NCBI GenBank assembly: GCA_965249485.1
Contig: OZ252239.1
Location: forward strand, 1,888,001-1,952,000
Reading direction: 5' to 3'
Length of the DNA: 64,000 nt
Source: a bacterium
GTDB lineage: Bacteria; SM23-31
Shown here: one piece after another, positions 10,107 to 19,617 of the stretch
Position numbering within the stretch: the stretch's first letter is position 1
How the letters are laid out: every line of letters begins with the position of its first letter
Position numbers and translations under genes: made by a program
The notes under the pieces: generated by a model
Seen by the model: only the letters and a program-made list of their open reading frames with translations
Told to the model about the DNA's origin: nothing
Databases searched by the model: none

Positions 10107-11906
10107 TCACTTCATGATTGGTATTTTTATCGTAAATGTACTGCCCTCGTTCTCTTTAGAATCTACGGAGATCTCACCCCTAATGCTTTCAATGATACCG
10201 TAACTGACCCAAAGACCAAGTCCGGTTCCTTTCCCGATTTCTTTTGTCGTAAAAAACGGATCGAAAATTTTTTCCTTGATAAGTTTCGGTATACCTTTCC
10301 CGTTATCTCCGATTATTACTTGTATAGTTCCATTATTGATACCGGATGAAACAGTGACATTACCATTGTTCCGCGGAACGGCATCGATTGCATTAAGCAG
10401 AATATTGATGAAAACCTGTTGGACCTGATCTTCAGGGACATCGGCATCCGGCAGATTTTCACCAAGTTGTACATCAAAGCTGCACCCCTGTGCATATTTA
10501 TCGTATTTTATAATATCGAGTGCTTCAATAATAAGAGAATTGATATCGGTTTGCTTAATAACCATATCGGATGGTTGAGAAAAGGTAACAAGCTCATGAA
10601 TTAATTTACTGATCCTGTCAGTTTGTTTCTTAACAAGACTTAATTTTTCCTTTAAATTTTCATCCGTTTCGCTTCGAGACATTACCTGAATGAGCGAAGA
10701 AATCGAAGTCAGCGGATTACCGACTTCATGAGCAATGCCGGCTGCAAGCTGCCCGACGACCGAAAGTTTTTCAGAATGGCTCATCTACATGATGAGCTTC
10801 TTATATTCTGTGATATCACGTAGAATAGCCGAACTGCCAATCACAGTATCATTCTTGTCACGGACGAGAGAGCGCGTAAGGGATGTAACTATACGCTTGC
10901 CGTTTTTGGCTATCCGCTCCGCTTCATAATTCCTTATGGATCCTTCCTTCTTTAACTCGTCATCGATTTTATTGAGCTCTCCGGACTTGATTGCTTCCGG
11001 TGGAAGCAGCATCTGAAAATGATTCCCGACAGCTTCTTTTTTTGTGTATCCAAATATATTCTCGGCTCCTTTGTTCCACGATACGATATTGTCATTCAGA
11101 TCAAGGCCAACAATAGCATCAGCTGAATGATCGACAATTGACGATAAATACTTCTCCTGAGAGCGAATTTCTTGCTCCAGCTGGATTTTTTCAGTCAAGT
11201 CGTGATGGAGTGACGAAAAACCGATGATATTGTGTTTTGTATCCTTTAAGAGAGTTGAACTAATATTGACGATCAGTTTCTTACCGTCTTTTCGTATTCG
11301 TTCTGTTTTGTAATTTTTCAGAAACCCACTCCGTCTCAATATCATTTCAATATTATAGAGTTCTCCTTCGTCACGGTGCTCTTCCGGCACCAATACTTCA
11401 ATGGGTTTATTGATAATCTCATTTGCCTTGTACTGATACATTACCTCAGCACCTTTGTCCCATGAGCGGATATTAAAATTCTCATCAAGTCCAATCACTG
11501 CGTCGGGGGTACTGTCTGTCAAGGAAGAAAGGCTGAGATCCTTCAGCTCTAATTCCCGAAGGAAGGAGTCCGTTTTCTGCTCGAGTTGTTTCTCCTTAAA
11601 TATATTTGAGTAGAGTACCTGAGTTTTTATAAACAGATCGGTTATTTCTCTGAAATCAAGACAAAAAAGTTTTTCCTGGCCATGCATTCGGTCAAGCTGA
11701 CGGAGAATGACGGTTTGTCCGTGGAGAAATGCAAGCTGTGTCTCCAGAACATCAAGAATCGCATGGAGATGATTAGTAATGTTTTTCCTTGTATCCTTTA
11801 ACGAGAGCTCTTTATAATGTTTGGTCGATTTATGGACAAGTGACGACCACTCGTCAATAATATTTTCTCTGTTTTTTTTGAATGAAGCGATATTTTGCTT
11901 GTTCAT
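10107..11906 (-). pseudogene. PAS-PAS sensor histidine kinase interrupted by an in-frame TAG (10785-10787)
   Basis: ORFs 10785-11906 (two PAS domains) and 10107-10784 (AAGIAHEVGNP HisKA plus HATPase) are in the same frame and separated only by TAG. Confidence 0.85.
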
Positions 11907-12057
11907 TTTTTTTGCGTAATTTATTGCAATCTACAGTTCTACATTTAATAACATTCAAAATTACACATATTTTGAAGTTTTGTCAATGGTGAATTGGTTG
12001 CTTAAGGTATGGTTTAATGTTGTGGTAGTTGTCTTAACATACTATTAAATGAGGTGT

Positions 12058-12462
12058 CTACGAATTATGCCCACTCTTGGTGATTGTATTTGTAATTGCA
12101 CACGAATCCTTCTTCCCGAACCATTTATACCGGTTCCGGGCAATTATGTCATAAATAAAGTCACAAAATGATTGAGGCAGAAGACCTAATAAAGTGATAA
12201 GTGAATAAGGTTCATGTAAAAAGTGCCCGATTCGGATTATTGCGGCAGATTTTATATAGATTGAATCATCTTCGACGAGAACCACAAATCGCGGACTCAC
12301 TTCTCGTATTCGTAAGCGATTGAGTATTTTCTGTGCAGGTTTCGATTCGGCGGCTAAAAAGTGAATTTTCACACCGCTATTGCTATCAATCAACCTTACT
12401 ATTCCATTGCATAAATTACATTGTTCGTCGAAAATCAGTGTCGGTCTATTTATTGTTTCCAT
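12058..12462 (-). CDS. DCC1-like thiol-disulfide oxidoreductase (DUF393)
   Basis: FDEQCNLCN and Y..IARNRYKWFG...C motifs. Confidence 0.9.
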   Translation of the reverse strand: METINRPTLIFDEQCNLCNGIVRLIDSNSGVKIHFLAAESKPAQKILNRLRIREVSPRFVVLVEDDSIYIKSAAIIRIGHFLHEPYSLITLLGLLPQSFCDFIYDIIARNRYKWFGKKDSCAITNTITKSGHNS

Positions 12463-12696
12463 AACGACTCAGCAATATCATCAAATGTGGCTGGATACTT
12501 GTCCGATCAGTTGACAGCGGTGCATGTAACGTGAAATAATCAGACTTCCTCTGTGAAAATTACAAACGTGCTAAATGAAATAGTATTAGATTTCGCTTGT
12601 AGTACTTAAACCGAATAGAGCGGTGATTGGTTCACACTGTTCATGGAATCAATTTATAAGGTGGTTGAGAGAATGTGAAAATATAATATAGAGTGG

Positions 12697-13770
12697 TCAT
12701 GATTTTGTACGAATTGATATCGGCAGTCCGGTTACTTGTACTTCATATGATGTGTCATCAGCACTTTGTGCAAAAAGCAGCAGCCCTTCCCGGTTATACT
12801 GTTTTTTAACATAAGCCAGACCGATCAACTGCTTGAGTAGGGGAGAATATGCGGTGGATGTGAGGTCACCGGCAGTTTTACTATCAGATGTGATAAGTTT
12901 GCATGGTGTGCCTGGAACCCGATCGGACGAAATGACAACGCCGCACAGATGTTTCTGCACTTTGGCATACGTATCGAGACGGGCAATGACTTCCTGTCCG
13001 ATATAGCACCCTTTGGTAAAGCTTACATCCGCAATAATTCCTGCTTCATGAGGATTAAACAAATCATTCAGTTCATTCGGTGCATCGGGGATGCCGTTAA
13101 TAATGCGGAATGCTGAATAGGCGCTCGTTCCGATTTGCCGGACGTTAAATTCCGCACAATATGTTTCGATATATTCGAGTAATTGGTGCCGGTGTATATT
13201 ATCGGTTAGTAGCAGAGTTCTTGGTTTCTCCGAAATCGGTTCTAATGCAATTAAAGTACATTGAACGGGACCAATAGAAAGGTCGATACAATTCATCGGC
13301 TCAGGCAGTGATGAAAACTCATTATTCAGTGATTGTAATAAGCGTATAGAATCCGGACCGATCACCTCAATAACGGTGTAGTTTTCGGTGTCGATTTTTG
13401 CCGTGACATCATCCATGATTATATATTTTTTGAGCCAATCTGCCAGAATTTCCTGATACACTTTGCTGCAAAGGGCAATGAGAGATTTTCGAAAATACAG
13501 CAGGGTAATGCGGTCAATGATTCGTCCGTTCTCGTTGGTTACAATTGTTCTCCGGACTTTTCCGGGGACGAGGTTTGTGACATCGTTTGTCGTAATTCTG
13601 TGGATAAAGTCGAGTGTATCCGCTCCAGTAAACTCGATTACACTCTGTGTGGTAACTTCACGGTATCCCACACCATTACAAAGTGCGTCATACTCTTGTT
13701 CAAGGGAGGTATAAATTTCTCTCTCGTGATTATTTTCGCCGGGGGTTTTTTTAATAGACTGCTTGTTCAT
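12697..13770 (-). CDS. ygfZ: Folate-binding Fe-S assembly protein YgfZ/GcvT family
   Basis: SFTKGCYIGQEVIAR signature in a GcvT fold. Confidence 0.9.
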   Translation of the reverse strand: MNKQSIKKTPGENNHEREIYTSLEQEYDALCNGVGYREVTTQSVIEFTGADTLDFIHRITTNDVTNLVPGKVRRTIVTNENGRIIDRITLLYFRKSLIALCSKVYQEILADWLKKYIIMDDVTAKIDTENYTVIEVIGPDSIRLLQSLNNEFSSLPEPMNCIDLSIGPVQCTLIALEPISEKPRTLLLTDNIHRHQLLEYIETYCAEFNVRQIGTSAYSAFRIINGIPDAPNELNDLFNPHEAGIIADVSFTKGCYIGQEVIARLDTYAKVQKHLCGVVISSDRVPGTPCKLITSDSKTAGDLTSTAYSPLLKQLIGLAYVKKQYNREGLLLFAQSADDTSYEVQVTGLPISIRTKS

Positions 13771-13979
13771 GATTTGCTGGAGAGTGCGTCGTACATGTTA
13801 ATAATGGGTGAAAACTATTTATATCGGATTCTATGTGTGCTCGTGCTGTAATGAACTGTGCAGAATTTTCACTACTCATTTCAACCATCTATTTCATCCT
13901 TACCTTCGTGAGGATGTATTATGAGATATTCAAACTATTTTGGGTTCGTAATGGCAGCATTATAAAATTTTCGGAATTT

Positions 13980-14921
13980 TTAAAACTGCTGCCGCATAAG
14001 TCCCATGAGGATGAGCACGATTAAGAGCAGGATGGTTCCAACAGTAACAAGACCTTTTTTCTGCTCGGAATTACGTGCTTTAAAAACGGCGAATAGTGCC
14101 GCACCAGTCAGGACGAAAGCCATAATGAGCGAATGGGTTGCCATTGGATTTGCCCCAACAAACTTCCGCATGTCATCACCCGGAAGTGCAATAATAAACC
14201 AGACACCGATTGCCAAATTCATGAAGGTTGCATGATTGAACATCTTTCCGCCGAAATCGACTGCCCAGTTACGCCAATCCTTCGATCCTGCAGCTGACCG
14301 GACACCGATGTTTGCAAGCCATAATCCGGCTACGGCAAGTGATCCCAGCAGAACATGGAAAAACGCTGGATAGAATGCAGGATTCGACCAGCCGGGAAAA
14401 CCGCTCATGGTACCGCTGCTATAATCCTGCCAGACTTCAGGCCTGAGGAAGAGGCCCAAGTTCCACGAATAGATAATTCCTGCAATTATAAAGATTCCGG
14501 CAATGAGCCAGGCAAATGGTATGCTCGATTTTTCTCTGTTTTCGATCCGACCCTGCAGAAAAAAAGTACCGTACAGTCCCACTATGAGCAATACAATAAC
14601 GGTGAGAACGGGTGTTGCGGCAAGGAGACCGGTGACTGAAACAGCAGAACTGTACAACAGTTTAACAATCGCAACCGAAACAATTGCCGCAATGATTGTC
14701 AGCTTCACGATAAACGGCAAGCGTTCTGCAAGCGTTTTGCCTAAAAATGCCATATGCTCATTTTTTCTGCCCGCCAGGCTGCTGATACCGAGAAAGAGCG
14801 ACCCGCCCATCAAGAGGTTAACGGGTATCAGGTGCAGCATAAAGAGGCAGAGCAGAAGAATTTTAAGCGCGCCGAGCGAGTCGGGTAAATCTATAGCTGT
14901 AAGTGCTGATTGTCCATTCAT
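13980..14921 (-). CDS. Polytopic membrane protein resembling the CydA-paralogous second subunit of cytochrome-c-fused bd-type oxidases
   Basis: About 8 hydrophobic segments. FMLHLIPVNLLMGG and FFHVLLGSLAVAGLW place His residues at positions like the CydA haem ligands. Family assignment is from motif memory only. Confidence 0.55.
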   Translation of the reverse strand: MNGQSALTAIDLPDSLGALKILLLCLFMLHLIPVNLLMGGSLFLGISSLAGRKNEHMAFLGKTLAERLPFIVKLTIIAAIVSVAIVKLLYSSAVSVTGLLAATPVLTVIVLLIVGLYGTFFLQGRIENREKSSIPFAWLIAGIFIIAGIIYSWNLGLFLRPEVWQDYSSGTMSGFPGWSNPAFYPAFFHVLLGSLAVAGLWLANIGVRSAAGSKDWRNWAVDFGGKMFNHATFMNLAIGVWFIIALPGDDMRKFVGANPMATHSLIMAFVLTGAALFAVFKARNSEQKKGLVTVGTILLLIVLILMGLMRQQF

Positions 14922-14938
14922 GATCTCTTAAAACCTTT

Positions 14939-15781
14939 CTAATTACTGTTTTCTTCCGCATACCAGGATTGAATGTAATCCGCAAGCTTGTTCAGATCCT
15001 CATCAGAACCGAACCACGGTACCATAAACCAGATCTGGTCGGGTAGAAAAACAACGAGGTCAATTATATCCTCATACGTTGCACCGTAAAATGAATCGTA
15101 AATTGGCTGAGTATCACCGTTAATCGTATGGCAGTAACCACACCGCTTGTCGAATATTTCCTTGCCTGTTTTCAGTGTCACCGATTGGTCGGATTGGCTG
15201 TGAAGGTAGCGTGCAAGCTCCCGCCGCTCGTCTTCCGTGCCGTCGAATGGTGACATTATCCACCGTGAATAATCGATCCGTTCAATAAATTCGAAGATAA
15301 ACTCCTCATCAAGTCCGGAAAACGGTGCACTGAGTCCGTTTTGTCCGATGATCGAGTGACACAACATACACGATGCCTCGAACACAGCTTTCCCGACTAG
15401 GAATTCCTCGGAATTTGCGCTTGAGTTACTGGCGGATTCTGAATCCGAATAAATTACAGCCTGTTTCGTAATAGGATTTTCTCTGAATTCGTATATATCC
15501 CCTCTACGGAGCGTGTCGAACATTGTAATGGTTATGAGTACAGTAAGAAAAAAAACGGATGATGCAAAAATAAAGAAATAAAGCTTGTTGTCGTAATAAA
15601 GGTGCATAAAGAAAAATGCAACAAACAGCGCTTTGATTGTGGCAATGAAAAGTGCAATGAATATATTGAAATTTCCGAGATCAATATACGATGCGCTGAC
15701 AGTGATAATAGTCAATAGGAGCAGGGCAATGCCGACAGTTAGATAGACCTTTAGAGGAATGACATGGGGTGTATTCTTCAC
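14939..15781 (-). CDS. Cytochrome c oxidase subunit IV (CtaF/CyoD) fused to a dihaem c-type cytochrome
   Basis: N-terminus LLLLTIITV...IATIKA.FVAFFFMHL.YD, then CMLCH (15356-15370) and CGYCH (15128-15142), each followed by an M.P(F/W).G Met-ligand motif. Confidence 0.85.
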   Translation of the reverse strand: MKNTPHVIPLKVYLTVGIALLLLTIITVSASYIDLGNFNIFIALFIATIKALFVAFFFMHLYYDNKLYFFIFASSVFFLTVLITITMFDTLRRGDIYEFRENPITKQAVIYSDSESASNSSANSEEFLVGKAVFEASCMLCHSIIGQNGLSAPFSGLDEEFIFEFIERIDYSRWIMSPFDGTEDERRELARYLHSQSDQSVTLKTGKEIFDKRCGYCHTINGDTQPIYDSFYGATYEDIIDLVVFLPDQIWFMVPWFGSDEDLNKLADYIQSWYAEENSN

Positions 15782-15790
15782 TATAATCCT

Positions 15791-17173
15791 TTAATTTGTG
15801 TTCTTGAAAAATTCCCTTACCCGATTTGCAAGAAGCGCCGAATTTTTGATACAATCTCCGACTGAAATACCGCCCCTGTAATTTCCACCGAGGAAAATTC
15901 CGGGAGTGTTATTTTCACATTTCTGAAAATAGATATCGTGTTCGTTGTGATCTATTTCATATTGGGGGATGGCTTTATCCCATTTTTTCTGATGTATATA
16001 CACAGGTGATTCTGAAATCTTCATAATTTCGTGGAATTCTTCAAACACTTTCCTGTGGAGTTCACCGGTGTCCAGATCACAGAGTTCCGGTGAGCGTGCT
16101 CCCCCGATAAAAAGTGTGAATGATACTTGGTGCTCGTCAGCCCTGTTGGGAAACAGCGTAGAACTCCAGATTGCACCGAGATAATGCTTGTGCTCCTTTT
16201 CGGGTATCAGAAATCCGAAACCGTCCAATTCTCTCCCGACCGCATCCAGTCGATAGCCGCAATACATAACAATAACAGGCGGATAGTAAATTGAATTTAA
16301 ACGTTTCGATAGAGAAATATCAAGCTTTTGAAATATACCTGAGGCCGAATATGCCGGAATTGTTGAAACCACAACATCTGTATCAAGTTGTTTTGATTTA
16401 TTTTCATGGAAGAATGTCACTGAGAGTCGGTCGCTTTTTCTTTCGACCGACTTAGCACTTGCATTCAGGAGAATAGTGCCGGATAATTTTTCTGCAATCG
16501 CTTTCGGCAGTGTTTGCATCCCGTTTTTGAACGAGAACACTTTCGCAGACTGTTTTGACGTTTCTGGATTTTTCTTCCACTCTTTTGCCCCTTTAATCAT
16601 CCCCTTAATCAGGCCACCGTATTCCTCTTCCAGTCGGTAGAGTCTCGGAAATGCAGATTTAACACTCAGTTTTTCCGGATCACCGGCAAACACACCCGCA
16701 ACAAAGGGATTAATTGCATAGTCGAGAAACTCGCTTCCGAGTCGGCGCCGGACAAATTCGGCGATACTTTGTTTAAAGCCGTCTTCGGATTTCCCGATAA
16801 ACGGTTCGGCAAGCAATCTCATTTTTGCAAAAGGAGAAAAAAGTCCGGTCATCAAAAACGAGACCGGATTCATCGGAAGTGCATAGAGTCGATCATTCCT
16901 GAGGATATACCGCTTATTGCTATGTTCATTGGCATAAATCATCTGATTGGCAATGCCGGTTTCTTCTGCAAGAGTACGGATAAGCGGTGTCGTTTCAAGC
17001 CCACTGTTGGGGCCCCGGTCGAAAAGACGGGACTCAAAAAGAACAGAATCCATTGTTCCACCGACATCGTCGGCTTTTTCGAGGACAGTGCAATCGATTC
17101 CCTCTTTGGCTAACCAATAAGCAGTAGCCAGACCGGAAATACCGGCACCAAGAATAACAGCTTTTTTATTCAC
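15791..17173 (-). CDS. hemY: Protoporphyrinogen/coproporphyrinogen oxidase (HemY/HemG, FAD)
   Basis: GAGISGLA, GPNS, FV.RRLG.E...P.V.GVFAGDP, GFGFL.P, W..AIPQY. Confidence 0.93.
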   Translation of the reverse strand: MNKKAVILGAGISGLATAYWLAKEGIDCTVLEKADDVGGTMDSVLFESRLFDRGPNSGLETTPLIRTLAEETGIANQMIYANEHSNKRYILRNDRLYALPMNPVSFLMTGLFSPFAKMRLLAEPFIGKSEDGFKQSIAEFVRRRLGSEFLDYAINPFVAGVFAGDPEKLSVKSAFPRLYRLEEEYGGLIKGMIKGAKEWKKNPETSKQSAKVFSFKNGMQTLPKAIAEKLSGTILLNASAKSVERKSDRLSVTFFHENKSKQLDTDVVVSTIPAYSASGIFQKLDISLSKRLNSIYYPPVIVMYCGYRLDAVGRELDGFGFLIPEKEHKHYLGAIWSSTLFPNRADEHQVSFTLFIGGARSPELCDLDTGELHRKVFEEFHEIMKISESPVYIHQKKWDKAIPQYEIDHNEHDIYFQKCENNTPGIFLGGNYRGGISVGDCIKNSALLANRVREFFKNTN

Positions 17174-17198
17174 GCTTCTTCTGATTTGATATGTATTA

Positions 17199-18164
17199 TT
17201 AGGATAATTTTTCAGTTACCATATCGCAAAGTGCCGAAACAAATAGTTCGGAATCATTCAACCCTTTCATCACGATATAGTTTTCGATTCCCACCTCATC
17301 GGCTACATGACGGTACTCAATGTCAAGTTCAAAAAGCGTTTCGATATGGTCCGACACGAAACTGATAGGTATAACAAGAAGGTGTTTCTTGCCTGAGTCG
17401 GACAAATCCCTGATCATGTCATCGGTTGCTGGTTCAAGCCACTTTTCCAGGCCGACTTTGCTCTGGTAACAGAGTGAATGATTAAGATCATGCTTCCGAA
17501 ATTCCACGACAGCATTGACCGTCTCTTCAATGTGTCCTTTATACGGATCACCTGCTTTAACAAATTTGACCGGTATTCCGTGTGCGCTGAACACGAGATG
17601 AACATCTTTTCTGATTTGTTCGGGAAACTTTTCGAGTGTCTCATCTATCCTCTGATTGACTGCTGCAATATAACCGGGATTCTTGAAATAATCATTAACA
17701 GTAATCACTTCCGCCTTGTTATCAGTATAGAACTTATCCCATTCTGCTAGCGATGATCCGGTTGTTGCACGGGAGTAGTGTGGATAGAGGGGCAGAAGGA
17801 TGATCTGCGAATATTCGGTCTGCTTAATCCTGTCAACTGCTTCTTCGGTAAACGGTTTCCAATAGCGCATTGCTGTGAATACATCAACCGTTGTATCCTG
17901 TTCCCGCAACCTGTCTTCAAGCATCGAACGCTGCTTTTCCGTCCAGTACATGAGTGGTGATTTACCACCGATTTTCATGTATTGTTCACGGACACTCGGT
18001 GACCGTCTATTCGCTATATATCGGGCAAGCGGTTTCTGAATCAGAAATCCCAATGGAATTGATATGATAAACGGATCGTTGAACAAGTTAAATAAAAACG
18101 GCTGGACTGCATCTATAGAGTCAGGTCCGCCCAAATTGAGCAATACAACAGCTTTTCGTGGCAT
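17199..18164 (-). CDS. hemH: Ferrochelatase
   Basis: LLNLGGP, IGG.SP, LPLYPHYS..TTGS, FSAHGIP, FVSDHIETL.E.D. Likely start is ATG 18164. Confidence 0.96.
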   Translation of the reverse strand: MPRKAVVLLNLGGPDSIDAVQPFLFNLFNDPFIISIPLGFLIQKPLARYIANRRSPSVREQYMKIGGKSPLMYWTEKQRSMLEDRLREQDTTVDVFTAMRYWKPFTEEAVDRIKQTEYSQIILLPLYPHYSRATTGSSLAEWDKFYTDNKAEVITVNDYFKNPGYIAAVNQRIDETLEKFPEQIRKDVHLVFSAHGIPVKFVKAGDPYKGHIEETVNAVVEFRKHDLNHSLCYQSKVGLEKWLEPATDDMIRDLSDSGKKHLLVIPISFVSDHIETLFELDIEYRHVADEVGIENYIVMKGLNDSELFVSALCDMVTEKLS

Positions 18165-18213
18165 ATATATAGTTGAGTTTAAATGTTTATTGAAAAAATT
18201 GTATAATGAGTAA

Positions 18214-19593
18214 TTAAACCGTTCTGGAATACTGTGCTGAATCGACCTTGCGCTCAATGTAGCCATCAAAGTTCATAGAAATATTTCGTATGAGGAGCTT
18301 TCCTGTTTCAGTGACATTTATTCCGCCATCGTGAAACTCCACAAGTCCGTCATCGACCATCTCTTTCAGATTTTCTAAACCCCACGCAAAATAGTCCTGG
18401 AATGCAATCCCGAACTCCTCTTCAATATTGGCATATCGCAGCTCGAAATGGCACATTAAATTCATAACTACTTTCCTTCTGATGATGTCGTCTTCATTCA
18501 GTTTGAAACCCCGCGCAACCGGAAGTTTTTCTCTGTCAATATCTGCGAAGTAATCTTTTTCCTTTTTGTGGTTTTGGGAATATGCATTTGGAAACTGGCT
18601 GATACTCGTGATACCCATTGCGTAGAGATCGGCTCCTGCATGGGTGCTGTATCCCTGAAAATTCCGGTATAATTTTTTTTCACTAAGGGCAACCGCAAGC
18701 TCATCATCGGGTTTCGCAAAGTGATCCATTCCGATAAACACATAGCCCGAGTCTGTCAGTTTTTCAATCGTCATCTTCAGGATTTCCAACTTCGATTCGG
18801 GCAACGGCAGATCGTCCTCATTGATGACAGTTTGGTGCTTCTTCATCCACGGTACGTGAGCATAGTTAAATACCGCAATTCGTTCCGGTGAAATGTCGAT
18901 GACTCTATCCACCGTTTTTTCAAACGATTCGAGCTTCTGAAAAGGGAGTCCGTAAATTAGATCAATATTCATACTCAAAAAACCGAGTTCACGCACCCAG
19001 TCACACACTTGACGGGTCATGTCTTCGGGCTGAATTCTATTGATCGTTTTTTGCACCTTTTCGTCAAAATCCTGCACACCCATACTGATCCGGTTGAATC
19101 CGCCATTCCGCAAAGCCTCAAGGTGTGCACGGGAGAGTAATCTCGGATCAATTTCGCACCCAATTTCGGCATTGTCAGTATAGTCAAAATGGCTGTTGAT
19201 ATGCGAAATGAGGTCGGCGATTTCATCAGGATTCAGATGAGTTGGTGTGCCGCCTCCCCAGTGGAGCTGTTCTACTTTCCGACCGGAACGGATTAATCCG
19301 CTGTACATATCGATTTCACGTTTCAGATAATCGCAGTATTGTGCAATCCTGTCCCGATTCTGAGTGACAATCATATTACATCCGCAGAAATAGCAAAGTG
19401 TGTCGCAAAACGGGAGATGGAAATAGAGGGAAAGGTCCGGTGCACTTTCACTTCTGTTTGTCCGCTCGATCTCCTGCATAAGATCGGTGTCGGTGAATGC
19501 TTCATTAAACTGTGGTGCGGTCGGGTAACTTGTGTACCGTGGTCCCGGTCTGTCGTATTTTTTAAGCTTATCTATATCTACGTGATACATCAA
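18214..19593 (-). CDS. hemN: Oxygen-independent coproporphyrinogen III dehydrogenase
   Basis: GPRYTSYPTA, HLPFCDTLCYFCGC, GGGTPT, RNFQGYST. Confidence 0.97.
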   Translation of the reverse strand: MMYHVDIDKLKKYDRPGPRYTSYPTAPQFNEAFTDTDLMQEIERTNRSESAPDLSLYFHLPFCDTLCYFCGCNMIVTQNRDRIAQYCDYLKREIDMYSGLIRSGRKVEQLHWGGGTPTHLNPDEIADLISHINSHFDYTDNAEIGCEIDPRLLSRAHLEALRNGGFNRISMGVQDFDEKVQKTINRIQPEDMTRQVCDWVRELGFLSMNIDLIYGLPFQKLESFEKTVDRVIDISPERIAVFNYAHVPWMKKHQTVINEDDLPLPESKLEILKMTIEKLTDSGYVFIGMDHFAKPDDELAVALSEKKLYRNFQGYSTHAGADLYAMGITSISQFPNAYSQNHKKEKDYFADIDREKLPVARGFKLNEDDIIRRKVVMNLMCHFELRYANIEEEFGIAFQDYFAWGLENLKEMVDDGLVEFHDGGINVTETGKLLIRNISMNFDGYIERKVDSAQYSRTV

Positions 19594-19617
19594 ATATTGT
19601 CACACATTTAATGTTGG

